A model generated the notes under the pieces. The model did not search any database and was not told the DNA's origin. It was given only the letters and a program-made list of their open reading frames with translations. This document shows, in pieces, positions 1 through 12,470 of a DNA stretch of 64,000 nt. Position numbers and translations under genes: made by a program. Source of the stretch: Lama glama (taxonomy: Eukaryota); the NCBI GenBank assembly GCA_028534125.1, contig CM052818.1:27468001-27532000 (forward strand). The letters are read 5' to 3'. Every line of letters begins with the position of its first letter. Within the stretch, counting starts at the first letter, position 1.

Positions 1-39
1 TGTGTGTATATATGTGTATATATATATACACACACACAG

Positions 40-74
<35 letters not shown>
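1..74. repeat. (TG)/(TA)/(CA)n compound microsatellite
   Basis: Dinucleotide runs seen directly. Confidence 0.95.
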
Positions 75-77
<3 letters not shown>

Positions 78-149
78 TTACTCTCAGTGAAGGCAGACTT
101 TTTCTTCTCTTTTGCCCACTGATACAATCTCATTGTCTAGAACATTGCC

Positions 150-395
150 TGGTGGGGTGACAGACCCTAAGGTGACCCCCTAATTATTATTCCTATCTAC
201 TAGCATTCACATCTCTGTGTAATCTCTTTCCCCTTGAGTATGGATAAGACCCGTGTCTTGCTTCTCATCAATAGGATTCTCATGATTACATTCATTAGGT
301 TACGTCACATATAAGGCTTTGCTAGCAGACTGGAACTAGAGATTCTCCTCGCAGTCCTGATGAACTAGGTGGCCATGTTAAAGTCTAGGTGGTAA
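150..395 (+). mobile_element. MaLR LTR fragment (MLT1E/F-like), following an L2 3' fragment at ~84-150
   Basis: tggtggggtgacagaccctaaggtgacccc...tgtgtaatctctttccccttgagtatgg resembles an MLT1 5' end (recalled consensus). Confidence 0.65.
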
Positions 396-399
396 GGTT

Positions 400-980
400 T
401 ATAATATCTATCCATTTTGTTGTATATGAGTTCAGTTCCTTTCTGCTGATTAGTATTCTATGATATGAGATCACTGTACTTTATGCAACCTTTCACCAGT
501 GACGGACACCCAAGTTGCCCCTATTTCCCTGCTATCACAACTGATGTCTGGGTGAATATCTGGGCAAACATCACATTATGGAATGTGAGCAGACGGGTAA
601 ATGCCCAGGAGTGGGATTGCTGGGCCACATGTAATGGGTTACTTCATTTTACGAGGTGCTGCCAGGTTGTTTCTGGAATGGTTGTACCACGTGGCAAGCC
701 CACAGCAGTGCAGGATGCTTCTTGTTTTCTCATGTCCTCCTCAATACTTTTTATCTCACTATGTAATTGTCATACTACTCTAAAACCCAAGTTAATCTGT
801 CTCCAAAGTTCATGATCTTATTATGTGTAAATGATGTCCAAGTTTTGAAGACATTCAAAGACATGTTTTTCAAGATGAAAAATACAAATACTCAAAGGCT
901 CCAGACATCACTGTACCCACAGTTAAAAGATAGGTCATTATTTGAATATTTTTTGGTCCATTTCTGTTTGTTGAACAACA
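400..980 (-). mobile_element. Old L1M ORF2 3' region fragment(s)
   Basis: cccaggagtgggattgctggg...ggttgtacc...cccacagcagtg is typical antisense L1 ORF2 end. Confidence 0.65.
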
Positions 981-1085
981 CTGACTTCTTTTCTGACTGT
1001 GAAAGAAAAACAGGGTGGTGAGAAGAGAGAAGTCTGGAATATTGCACTGAAGTGTCAGGGAACCAGGCATGTGTGTGTGTAGGAT

Positions 1086-1086
<1 letters not shown>

Positions 1087-1123
<37 letters not shown>
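1087..1123. repeat. (CA)n microsatellite
   Basis: Seen directly. Confidence 0.95.
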
Positions 1124-1127
<4 letters not shown>

Positions 1128-1252
1128 GGAAAGAGAGGGAGGCTAAGAGATGAAAATAAAAGGGAAACAAGAGTGATGTGTAACAACAGAGGGAGATGCT
1201 TTTTCTTTAAAACATTGGAAGTGAAGGTGATATCGGTAGGAGATGATGAGGG

Positions 1253-1398
1253 TTTTATTTATTTATTTATTTTTAAATTTTTGATGGGGGGAGGTAATTA
1301 GGTTTTTATTTATTTGTTTTAATGGAGGTACTGGGGATTGAACCCTGGATCTTGTGCATGCTAGGCGTGCACTCTACCATTGAGTTATATACCCTCCC
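1253..1398 (-). mobile_element. tRNA-derived SINE (camelid Vic-1-like)
   Basis: Reverse complement reads ggg...ctcaatggtagagtgcacgcctagcatgcacaagatccagggttcaatccccagtacctcc (Pol III A and B boxes), then cctaattacctcccc and an A-rich tail. Confidence 0.9.
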
Positions 1399-3319
1399 AT
1401 CCTCTCCATGAAGGAGATTTTTAATATTAGCTTGTATGTAAGTGTGGAGTCAGAGGGGAGGCAGGACCATGGACCAACTTCTGCTTCGTCCGGTTACTTA
1501 AGCCATCCCCCCACACAGAACTGAGCATTGGAGATTTACCACATCTAAAGAGCAATAATTAGTGCTATTGTTCTTTTGCGTTTGGGGAATGAGGAAAAGG
1601 CAGAATACAATGACTGAATCAAGCATTAAGGTCATGTCAACATGACCAATTTCTTCTTTGCTTTTTTTCCTTTACAACTAAACAGTCCAGTTGTTGGAAA
1701 AGAAACTTGTAACCAGAGTCTCCTCATCACCAAATATTATGTTTTAATTGCTAAGCCTGCCAGGTTTAAATACCTATTACCAAATCTACTTATCGGAAGC
1801 ACATAAAGCATAGGCTTTTAAAAGAAATTAAGGACGATGTAGGTTTTGCCTGACAAGTTTTGAGGAATGAATTGAAAAACAGAAATTTCTCTTTTTACCA
1901 ATTATGACTGATTCAAATGTAGCTGTCTTATACAAATCAGCAGCAGGGAATATGCCTTATAGTCAAATGACAATCCATAGTAATGGAAGGGACTATGACT
2001 TAGATAACAATGTTTAAAGAAAAGGGGACATATTTTTGAAATGCAGTCACCTAAACACATATTCACAGCTTGTAAACACCAGTCTGACTCTCTCAGAGGT
2101 GTGGTCTCTGTGTCATTTGGGAACTGGAAATCAGGGCTGCCTCCACCCTCCCCCACATTACTGTTGCTGGTGAAGAATAGGTGTACTCAAGGGGAGCATT
2201 CAAGATGGACCTTGAAGAGTATCCAGCTCCAATGTTTGATCCTCCTCAACTTTGTGTCATGTGGCTGTCCAGATTCTGTTTTGACATTTCTAATGACTAA
2301 GTATTGCCTATTCTACTGGTAGGCAATAAATAGAAAGATTTCACTCTTGCTCTATTTAGGCAGATATCTGTACCCATTTGGAATTCTCCTCTTAGAATAA
2401 AAGGCTGGATTGTAAAATACACACTAAAGGAATTTAGCATCCAAGACATCCTTACCCACATGCCTGACCCCATTTTATTCTAGGAGATTTCCCTTTCTCC
2501 TCAACCTCTTATTCTTTGAGTATAATGCTTGGTTTTGAGTGCTAAGCTTTGAGGATTATTAGAAAACAAGGGGTCCAGAGCATAACGAGCAAGACAGGAA
2601 ATGAGGTTCAAACTATGACACAGGAGAGTCACGAAAACTGGAAATGGTTTTCCCTTCCAAAGGGAAACATTTGGGATTGAAATGACAGAAGACTTCCAAA
2701 TGTCATCACTAGACCATTTTTTTGCCTATGTTATTCAAAAAGTCAGAAGCAGGACTAAGAGGAGGATTCCAGATGGGTGCAGATATCTGCTTAAATAGAG
2801 CAATCATTCTATCTGTGTATTTATGACAAGTGTTTTAAGTGTTATAAATACACAGATAGAATAATATTTTAAAAAAATTAATAGTCATGTTTGGCTGCAT
2901 GACAAGCAATTGACATTACCAGTAAGGAAAGTAGATGTGGAAGGCTGCGGATGGCATCAGGATGCTGAACAGGTTCCTGGATGCCAGGGGAGAACTGATT
3001 TCCCACAGCAGGCGTGTGAGGTGCCTAGGTGCCATGGGACTAGTGTGTGCCACTTACTGGCAGCTGACTCTGCACTGGTTGATTTATATCAATGGCAAAT
3101 TTAAGAAGGATGATTAATTAAACTGCTCCGCCTTGGCTCCCTTTGTTGTTGCAGACTCCTCCCAGTTCAGCTAACTGTTGCATCTGAAATGGCAGAAGCC
3201 ATCAGGATGGACATTGAGGAAATACACAATTCAACTTAAAACTTTGTTTCTGACAATAGCTTTGATATTTTAATGCATATAGCACTAAACTTCACTCTGA
3301 AATTACATTACCAATTTGT

Positions 3320-3462
3320 GGTGAAAGAATTCAACTCGAGAACAGCCAAAGGGGGAAAAAAAAACGCATAGGGCAAGGTATGGGGGAAGGGCCGGGGGCT
3401 CCCATGCTCTCTCCAGGCTCACCGCCCTCCTAGACCCTCCACGTGTTTACTAACCCAGAAAA
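3320..3462. mobile_element. ERV LTR fragment (MER21-like)
   Basis: gaacagcc...gcatagggcaaggtatgggggaaggg...cccatgctctctccagg...ctccacgtgtt matches the recalled MER21 consensus. Confidence 0.65.
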
Positions 3463-3609
3463 GAGTCCACCTGAGAAGCAAATAGTCTGTGGAGACAGGA
3501 AAGTAGGCTCCTCTGGGGTCAAAGTCTATACTTATTTTCTAGTAAAAAAGGTAACCAAAATTTTGTTACTTTTGGATAGAAGTTCAATCTACAGCCCCAA
3601 TAGGTATTA

Positions 3610-3845
3610 ATAATGTGTTATGCTAATGAAGAATTATTGAATGCCAGACCCTGTACAAAGCATTTTGTCAACATCATAACACTTAACACTCATAATAAAC
3701 CTGTGAGGTAGTATTTTTATGTCAGTTTTACAGACAAAGAAACCAAGGCTCAGAGGGCTAGGATAACTTGCCCAGAGTGACACACGAATTAGAGCCAGGA
3801 TTTAAATTCAGATCAGAGGGACCTCAGAGCCCTAGCACTTACTGA
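3610..3845 (-). mobile_element. MIR SINE
   Basis: ttttacagacaaagaaaccaaggctcagaggg...aacttgccca is the MIR core in antisense. Confidence 0.8.
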
Positions 3846-4329
3846 CATTCATAAAATGCTTTATAGTTTTCAAAATGTTTTTATAACACGTATCTGTAGA
3901 CACTGTCCTAACCATCCCAAGAGTAGGCAGGGCAGATGCCACCATCCGCGTCTTACAGTTGTGTGTCCTGAAGCTGTGAGGAGAAGCGAGACTTACTCAG
4001 GTCATGGAATCAGAACTCAGATGCAGGCCTGGTCCTGCTACCATGTAGTCTCCCTCTAAAAATCAGAAGCAGGACTAACAAGGTGACTTAGCAGCACACA
4101 GATAGCGTCTAAAAAGAATGAAGGCAAAGGGGGCCAGTCCCACAGCTTACTGATGGTTTAAAATCTGAGCTGCCATTGGTCAGGGAGTGGGGTGGTAGTT
4201 AGATTAAAATCTACATAACATGACTTGAGGGTTTCTGATATTACTTAACTGCCTATACTCTGGACCCCCCAATATGGTACCTCCCTGCAGGTGCACCCGA
4301 TTACCCCTATAATCATCATTGCTCATGAG

Positions 4330-4755
4330 AACGGCCCACACATCTGCAGGGGCCGCTCTGACTCCCATGGTCACAGCATGTGAAGCTCTCCCATCCTTTC
4401 CCATCATTTATTGAGGAGAACAAGGCGCACACCTGATTCAGAGAAGCCAGTTAATTTTTCTGTGAATCCAGAACGGAGGGTTGTGGGGAAACTGAGCACT
4501 GATGGGAGACAGAGGTCTAAGGGGTAGGAAAGGAGGTTATTGACTGTGAATTGAGAAACCGAGAAAGCAGGTCATGGAGAAGGGAGACTGCATGAATCAG
4601 ACAAGAAAAGAGAAGCAGAGCTGAGAAAGGCAACGCCTCTTCCAGATTTCTACAGTAGTTCCAGTTTCTGGTTCTACTTCTTTCTGGAGGCCTGACCGCT
4701 TTCCTGACAAACTAGCTGAGGTAGGTTTGGTTGTTTGCATCCCCAGTGTCTGAAG
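4330..4755 (+). mobile_element. Degenerate ERVL LTR (LTR16-like)
   Basis: agagaagcagagctgaga...ctagctgaggtaggtttggttgtttgca resembles an LTR16-family 3' end; weak match. Confidence 0.45.
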
Positions 4756-4820
4756 GGCAGCTCCATTTCTGGCTGATGGAGGAGGACCGAGGGACGAAAA
4801 GAGCAGCCCCAGGCCCAAGC

Positions 4821-4877
4821 GGTCACGTGTCCAGAGGTCACGTGACCCAGGCAGCCGCAGCTGAGGTCTCCGCCCTG
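4821..4877. promoter_or_regulatory. Paired GTCACGTG E-box/CLEAR-type motifs plus CAGCTG and a GC box
   Basis: GGTCACGTG at 4821-4829, perfect palindrome GGTCACGTGACC at 4836-4847, CAGCTG at ~4858, CTCCGCCC at ~4868; CpGs locally retained. Confidence 0.45.
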
Positions 4878-5189
4878 GAGTGAGGGCCATGTGTAAGTAG
4901 AATAAGGCAATTACCTGGGACTTCTAGGGATATAAAGACTTGTTTAATTGTCACAGGACTCTTGCTGGTGGTAAATGGGAGGAGGCTTTTGGTCATCCAT
5001 AAAGCACATGAAGATAACAAAAAGCAATCAGGTGTGCACTGCCTTTTCTGTTTTTCCTTCTTTGGTTACTGTGGACCTGGCTTTACTATGACGTCTTCCT
5101 GGACACTTTTCTACATATTACAGTTATGATGAGTCTAGAGAGCCTGAAGTACCAGGCTGGGGGGTAACGCAGTAACTAGCATCTGCATC

Positions 5190-5440
5190 ATGCTCTACAG
5201 CTTACAAAGTGCTTTTGCACACACTAGTATTTTGATTTATGGAGAACCTACTGTGTACCAGGTGCTCGGTCAGGGCTTTTTATATAACAGCTCTGATTCC
5301 CACAACCACACCCAGAGGGAGGTATTCTCATCCTCCCGTTTACAAATCAGGAAACTGAAGATCACAGAACTTAAATGACCTGCCTGTGAATATTCGGATG
5401 CCAAGGTTTGAAAGATGCTGCATTTTGCACTCCTACTGCC
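5190..5440 (-). mobile_element. MIR SINE
   Basis: cctactgtgtaccaggtgct...tttacaaatcaggaaactgaag. Confidence 0.75.
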
Positions 5441-5699
5441 GTGTAATGATACCTTCCCCCACTCTTCATTTTACTCCGTCCATTCATACAGATGAGAGCG
5501 AACACACTTTCATAAAAATATGCATGATTAGGTCACGGTAATGGCAAGGGAAGTATTCAAAAATAATTGAGAACTACAACATAGAAATACAGAACGACTC
5601 AGTGAAGTCAAGAGTGAAAGTATCAGATCAATCCCACTCGATTCTCTCTGGCAGAGGTGAGAAATGAGGCTCTCATCAATTTTAATTTAATTTCTCTAT

Positions 5700-6060
5700 T
5701 TAACAAGCTCAACAAATACTTATTGAATGTTTGTCTACCCTGTGCCAGGTGTTGTGTGAGACACTGGAGATAGAAGTTGAAAATTCATGGATACAATTCA
5801 TAGTCCTAATGGGCTCTTGAACCAGGGAGGAGACAGATTTATAAACAATCCCAATGTAATCTCTTAAGAGCACTTGAGGGAGATAGGATAGTTTACAGGG
5901 AGCTACAGGTATCTGAGTAAAATGTGTATAAAATGTTCGTTTCTGCTGGGGGGCGGCAATCAGGGACGTGAAAGTTATTGCAGAAGAGGTAGTGACTGGG
6001 CTGGGGTGTAAATGATGAGTAAGAATTTGCTAGGTGGGCCAAGAGGTATACTTAGCATGA
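5700..6060 (-). mobile_element. L2 LINE 3' fragment
   Basis: caacaaatacttattgaatg...tgtgccaggt...ctggagata is the antisense L2 tail. Confidence 0.75.
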
Positions 6061-6283
6061 AAAAGATCACTGCCTATTCTCTTGGTTTCAAGGATCCATG
6101 TGAAGGAGCAGAGTTTGCAATTTTCAGAGTGAGATCCTCTACCAGCATGTGAATCCACTTTTTCTTGGAATGAACATGGACTAGAGGAAGTAGCTGAACA
6201 GCAATGAAACCCTGCTATTCAAACCCTGCTACTATGGAGTTTCCTGTCCTGAACTTACCACATGGAGCTATTCTACATGCAGA

Positions 6284-6336
6284 TGTGTGTGTGTGTGTGT
6301 GTGAGTGTGAGTGTGAGTGTGTGTATTCGTGTGTGT
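6284..6336. repeat. (GT)n/(GAGTGT)n microsatellite
   Basis: Seen directly. Confidence 0.9.
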
Positions 6337-7529
6337 ATGGATGCTCATCTTCTTGGGCTCCCTTTCCTTCCAACTCCTATTGAAGGGAGTACAGCAACCA
6401 CTGTGACAATATGTAATCTGATAAAATGCTAATTACATTTCTGATTATATTTCTTATTTTCTTGTGACAATTGTATTTCATTTGTAAGTTTCACATTGTA
6501 TGTATGATACTTTAGATATTTTTATTTACATGTTTAACTTCCATATCAGCTGTGTGTTCCTTGAAAATGCATTTTTTTTTTTTTGGTTAAACAGCTGTTG
6601 TTTCCAGATGGAAACATATCCATCAGTACACTTTATTAGAAATTTAATTTGGCTGTGGAGTTTATTCAATCAGCAAATAAATGGTCAATTAATATTTAAC
6701 AATTCAAAAATAATTGCATAATTGCACTAAAATGCTCAGTTATATCTTTCTACATACTTGGGCGTTGCTTAAAAGGACATTTATTTAGACAAGACAGGTG
6801 GTATAAAATACCTAGAACAATAGCATGAACTTTGTGAATTCTTAAACACTCGGGTTTTCCAGATCACTGAGAGCATCTAACACAATGCTGATTTATTGTG
6901 ACATATTTGAATGAATGCATTATCAACTGGTGACTAAAGACCATGTGAACTGATCTGTCCATTTGCCTAACACATTATAGGGCAGGCTGCTAAATGGCAA
7001 CAGATCATGCATTGGTAAAGACAGGGTGCTTGCTAAATGTGAAGGTTTTATGTGTTGTGGCCAACATAGTCCCAGTGGGAACCATTCTTGGAAATTATAA
7101 TTGAGTCATTGGGATATGTTATTAGCTTTTAAAGTAATTGATTTACATAAAGTCTCAGGAAAATATTGATTACAATGTGATGCAAAACCAAAGCTGCAGT
7201 GCTGTTAACTGTGAAAACAGCTCCTGGCAACTCAGTTCACACAGAGTTCGACACAAAAAAATCACCAGTGGAAAAAACCGACATGCCTGTGATGTGGGAT
7301 CATAAATGAATAAACACTTGACTTGGTAAGTATAGGTAAGACCTGAAAATACTTCGTGGTCATCTCAGTCATTCAGAATTGCCGATCACATGAGAAGGGG
7401 AGTGAGCTGAGGGAGAAGGCAATACAGATAGCAAGTCTGGATCTTGGTGGGTTTTATTTCATTTCTTATTGCATTAACATCAACAAGAAGTGGTTTTTAT
7501 AGTAGTACTCACTTACTCTCTATCCACCT

Positions 7530-7645
7530 GGGTTGACGTTGTCAGTGGATGACTCTGGATTAGTATTTTATTTTTTAATCACTAACCTGGATAATGCAAT
7601 TATGAGCATTATCAAGTTTGCAGACAGCACCAACATGGAAGGACT
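7530..7645 (+). mobile_element. L3/CR1 LINE reverse transcriptase relic
   Basis: atcaagtttgcagacagcaccaacatggaagg translates IKFADSTNMEG, a decayed CR1 KFADDTKLGG motif; preceded by aacctggat (NDLD-like). Confidence 0.65.
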
Positions 7646-8989
7646 TAACATCTCAAAGCCACACACAAAGAGCGCAGTGTAATCTTTTGAGTCAAGGAGC
7701 TTGAGAGCAGTTCCAGGTCCTTTTCAGTGATCTAACAGTAGTCTGTGGCTTATCACTGAGACGGGAAAGTACAGGGTGCTACCTTCTGTAGAACCTGTTG
7801 AGTTGTAAGAATCACCTAGATGATGTTTTGTTCCAACTCAGCAGCTCTGCACTAGCCAGCACACAGCAGACAATAAAGCATTGTGAGAAACTCTCAAACT
7901 GGCACCAGGACATTGACAGCGTTTTAGTAGGCCTATGAAAACTCCTCTCCCCACAACTCACTTCCTTCATAACACATGGTCTTAATTAGTAATTTTAAAT
8001 TTATTGGTTGAAGTTACTAGTTCTATAAGCACAAGGACTAAGTATGTCTTTTAAAAAAAAATCTATCAATATATTCCCAGTATCCAGCACTTAATATGTG
8101 TTCTGTATTTTTTGAAGACTAAATGAACCAAGCTTATATTTAGTGACTCTCCCACGAAAGTCCAGAATTCATCTTCATCAAGGGCTCCATTTGAAACCTA
8201 AGCTTTGCTGGTTACTGGGTTCAAACACATCTGGGCTTGTCCTTTTAGAGGGCGGGAGGCACACAGGATAACTGTTTCATTGAGTTAATGTGCATGGGAG
8301 GAAGAGGAGCAGGAACTGAAGGATTGCTTTCCACGAGGGCTCTGTGAGTTATATGGACACACATGGTATATGACAGAAGTGGGTGAGAGACAATCACCCC
8401 ATTGCTCCCAGGGCCTTTTTGGCATCTCAACGGTTGGCATCTTTGGGAGGGCACAGGTGTCACAGATATGAATATTCTCTTGAGAGCGATACCACTGATA
8501 AAAGAGACTCGTTCAATGAAGTGGACATCAAGTGGAGGAGAAGATGAGAAGAACATGTCAGGATGTGTACTTCACAGACAGGTTCCTGATCTCAAGAGTC
8601 ACTGGGGCGTTCCCAGATACAAGTAGAGGAGGATTTACGCCTTTCAAGTAGATAGGGGTAAAAGCCAGTGAGATGTGCATTATTGTTGCTTCTGGGATGC
8701 CATCTGTACCCATAGGCTCAAAGGGCCTGGAAAAGCTAGGTTACATTTCTATCAGGAAATTTTTTATACTTCTCTAGCTCATTGGGTGGCAACCTTTAGT
8801 TAATATGGCCAACTGACATTTTGGACTGTATCTAGTTGTCTTTCAAGCTTCTGATCCAAAAGAAACTTCAGGGTTGGAGATTCCATAAATCATGGAAAAT
8901 TCACTCATAATTCGTCACATGGATGTTCTGAAAGGAGAGTTGATAGCCCTGGATTCACATTCAACGAGTCTGTAGACTCTGATTGAGAA

Positions 8990-9110
8990 CTCCTATCCTC
9001 CCTGGGAAGCCCCAGGAGGGAGTTTTGTGTCTTACTCACTTCTGTGTCTTCAGTGCTTAGCCCCATGCCTGGCACAGAGGAGAGGCTCAGGAAATATTTG
9101 ATGAACAATG
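8990..9110 (+). mobile_element. L2 3' end
   Basis: tgcctggcacagaggagaggctcaggaaatatttgatgaa. Confidence 0.7.
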
Positions 9111-10544
9111 TTTTATTTAACTTTATAACCCTGAAAGGGCACAATACCTGCAAGTTGAATGTTAAGATAAAATTATTATTTTTATGGAAAAAGAGAAAGG
9201 AAAAGCAAGTGAGGGTCTCAACAGATCCCACAATGCAAGATTTCTGAATCCTTTTCTTTCTTAATTCAATTTCTCATCTTTCTGCTTCCACTCTAAGAGC
9301 TGCTACACTGATTTGCTCCCACATGTGGCCTTGAAGACACCATACTACCTGTCAGCTGGGTTCCTGTCACCAGGCACTGCAGCCCAGGCAGGGAACATTC
9401 TGAATTGTATTCAGTGTCTTTTTCCTTTAAGTGCCTTTCCTCATACTAGCAAGTTGAATTGTGTGGGACAAGCTCACTAAGATCTGTAGGTTGAAATCTC
9501 TGGTAGGAGGCAAGAATGACACCTAATCACTGCACCCTGCTTGTCCTTGCTCAATGTCATCTCCCTCCCTCAGCATCATCCTGGCCTCTACCTCCTGCTA
9601 ACATGATTCTTCTCTGAGGAACACCAAGAATTTGGAACACTACAGACTGCTGGATTCTAATGGATGCTGTGAAGTCCTCCTAGAATTAAGGCAATCAATT
9701 GCTGAAAGGAGTAAGGACTGAAATAACCATGCAAAACCCATTGGCCTAGTTAAGCTTATAGTATCAGATTAAGAAGTGTGTCCATCTTCTTCCAAAACTG
9801 TAATGGTGTTATGCTGCCAACACGGTTGGTCAATGGGAAAGACCATCTGGGCTATATGCTCCACTGAATGGAGCACAGATGGGCAGTCCTTCCAGAAGGA
9901 ACACACAATTAGGGGTTGACTGGGACTCAGTATTGACTAGGAGCAGGTTTTATTTTCTTCCCAGAGATGTTAGTGTCCAGGCAGTGGTGCCATCCCAAGT
10001 TATGAGTGTCACACTCCACTTTGAGCTAAGCAAGGATTGGACAAAGATTGACTTTTTTCTTATCCTCATTGTCATAGTGTTTTAGTTTAATTAAATGGAA
10101 AGTTCTATGCTCCATTTTTTGTTCTATTTATACAAAACATTTTGAGTAAGAATACGGTCATGTGATACTTTTCTTGACCAAGATATGTAAATTAATTCAA
10201 TTAATTCATTTATCCAGTCAGTTCATATTTATTGAGTGCCTGCCACATGTCAGATCCTCTGCTAGACTCTGGGAATTTGCCAGTGAGCACATCTTTAAAG
10301 AGTTCTAGTTTGTTAATCAGGTTTACTCCAGTAAAGTTAAGTTTCCACTGTTTTAAAGATATGTAGACTCTAAGATAGCAGAGTCTTATATCATACTGGG
10401 GTTTTGGCTTTATTTTCTTATTGTTTACTGTTTCTATAGAAACACTAACTTGGTTATATCTTAAGTTTTCTCTTCCTCTTCCCCTTCCTTCCTGTCCTTT
10501 CTTTTACTTTTCTCCTTCCTCCATTCCTCCCTCTCTCCTTTCCT

Positions 10545-10750
10545 TCTTTTTTTTTTTATTGAAGTATAGTCAGTTTACAATGTTGTGTCAAATTCTGGTG
10601 TACAACATAATGTTTCAGTCATCCATATACACACATATATTCATTCTCATATTTTTATTATAGGTTACTACAGGATATTGAATATAGTTCCCTATGCTAT
10701 ACAGAAGAAACTTGCTGTTTATCTATTTTATACATACTAGTTAATATTTA
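10545..10750 (-). mobile_element. 5'-truncated L1 3' end (cetartiodactyl type)
   Basis: Poly-T followed by attgaagtatagtcagtttacaatgttgtg...gaatatagttccctatgctatacag. Confidence 0.85.
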
Positions 10751-11989
10751 CTTCCTTTTTTCTTTTTTTTTTCAGGCAATATTAGTCTAAGTGTCACAAG
10801 CACATAAAAGACAGTGACTGACAATTTAATAACAGAGAATTAAGGCCTTGAAATGTCACTGAAAAGTAGAAAAATAGGACACTAGAGGCACAAATGCACA
10901 TCTATCTAAAAACAGCTCTGAATGTACTTGTTAATTTTTTTAATTTTAATTTTCTTTTAGCAGGTCGGTGGCCTGTACATTCCAAAAGCCTCAGGATACA
11001 CTCACTGTATTAGCGAGGTGATAAATGGTCTTAGTGATCTAGTAGCTGTTAAATGGCAGGGCCATTGAATCCTTCCTTTCTGAGATGCTCCTATCTTGAA
11101 GCTGCCTGTCAATTAGCATCTATAGACACATGCATCTTTCTTGACAGGGAGCATATTACATGGGGAGATAGATCGACAGGGACCAGGTCTGACTTTATTA
11201 TAGGAGATGTTACAACTGTGCAGGCCTCTCCTGAGGTGGGGGGAAGGGGCATGAACAGGATTTGTAAGCACTGATTGATTCTGAGAAATCACCCAGCAAT
11301 CCCTGACTACCACGGTGGTATGCAGAAATAGATTTTCCTGATTTCTGTTTCCCAATACATCGTCCCTTTGTACTTACAATGCACGTCCTCCTTTCACTTG
11401 GTACATCTGAAGTCCATCTGCAGGGCTGGCCATTGCTTTGGAGCAAGAGGAGCAGCAGGATGCTAGGCTGTGCATTTGCCTGCTGGGGCAACATGGCTGG
11501 TGGAGGGAAGCGGTCCAAGGGCAAGGGATTCTGCTGCTCTGGAGGCCCAGAGGGACTAGAGGCTTTGTCTCCTCCTCTGCCTGGAAGACCACTGATCAGA
11601 TCCACTTCTGTGCTGTCGCCACTGCTGACTTGAGTCCCTCAACCACTGCAATAGCCACTGGCTTGGCAGAAGTTACTACAGTATCATACAGAGAACTTTT
11701 ACTGCCCTAAAAGTTCTCTTTACTCCATCAGCTTGATTTTAAATCTCTTCAACTCCAGTGAATATTAAAAGGTTTTGCTTATACTATTCATGATTCTCGG
11801 TGAAATTTGTATCTCTTTACCAGCATGTATTTCTTTTGTTACTGTCTTTCTCTCCTCATTTAGTTTGAATGCCACTTCAGGGTTGGGATTGTTTTCGTGT
11901 TTGCACATTTTGCCAAATACGAACTAAACATTTACCAAGTGCCAGTCAGGAGAGGAAGAAAATGAACCAGTTTCCTTCTATTTTCTTCA

Positions 11990-12270
11990 TCTATTTGCTT
12001 ATTCATTTTGTCTTTTGTTCAGTCAACAAACGTGAATTGAGCACCTGTTTCATGCCATCCATTGCTGTAGGCATGGAGGATACAGCAGTGAACAAAAGAC
12101 ATTTCCTGCTGTAGTCTTCTAGAAAGGGGAAATAAACAATAACCAAATAAGCACATGATATGTCATATGGTGATAAGTGCTATGGAGAAAAATCCTGCAG
12201 GGACGGGCGGTTGCCATTTTAAACAACGTGGTCAGAAGACTTTTTGGGGAAAGTGATATTTAAGTACAAA
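11990..12270 (-). mobile_element. L2 fragment
   Basis: ttcagtcaacaaacgtgaattgagcacct...ggatacagcagtgaacaaaagaca...gtgataagtgctatggagaaaa. Confidence 0.8.
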
Positions 12271-12384
12271 AATTGAATAAACAACTAACTGTATTTCCCA
12301 TTCCACCTGGAATGCATTGCCCTCAGTCTCCAGGGCAATTCAAACCCTGCCTGCCCTACAAAACCCGGCCCATCAGTTGTCATG

Positions 12385-12470
12385 TTTATACTTACACTAA
12401 GGAAAGTATTTACTAGTTGACTGAAATTCAAATTTAGCTGTATGTCCTGTGTTTTATCTGGCAACCTTAG
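12385..12470. mobile_element. MER53 (hAT MITE) half copy
   Basis: ctgaaattcaaatttagctg...ttttatctggcaacctta terminal inverted repeat. Confidence 0.7.

Noticed and set aside
2743..4078. 16 bp direct repeat tcagaagcaggactaa at 2743-2758 and 4063-4078
   Set aside because: The intervening sequence is a mix of old repeats with no A-tail or single-element structure; one such match in 64 kb is plausible by chance.
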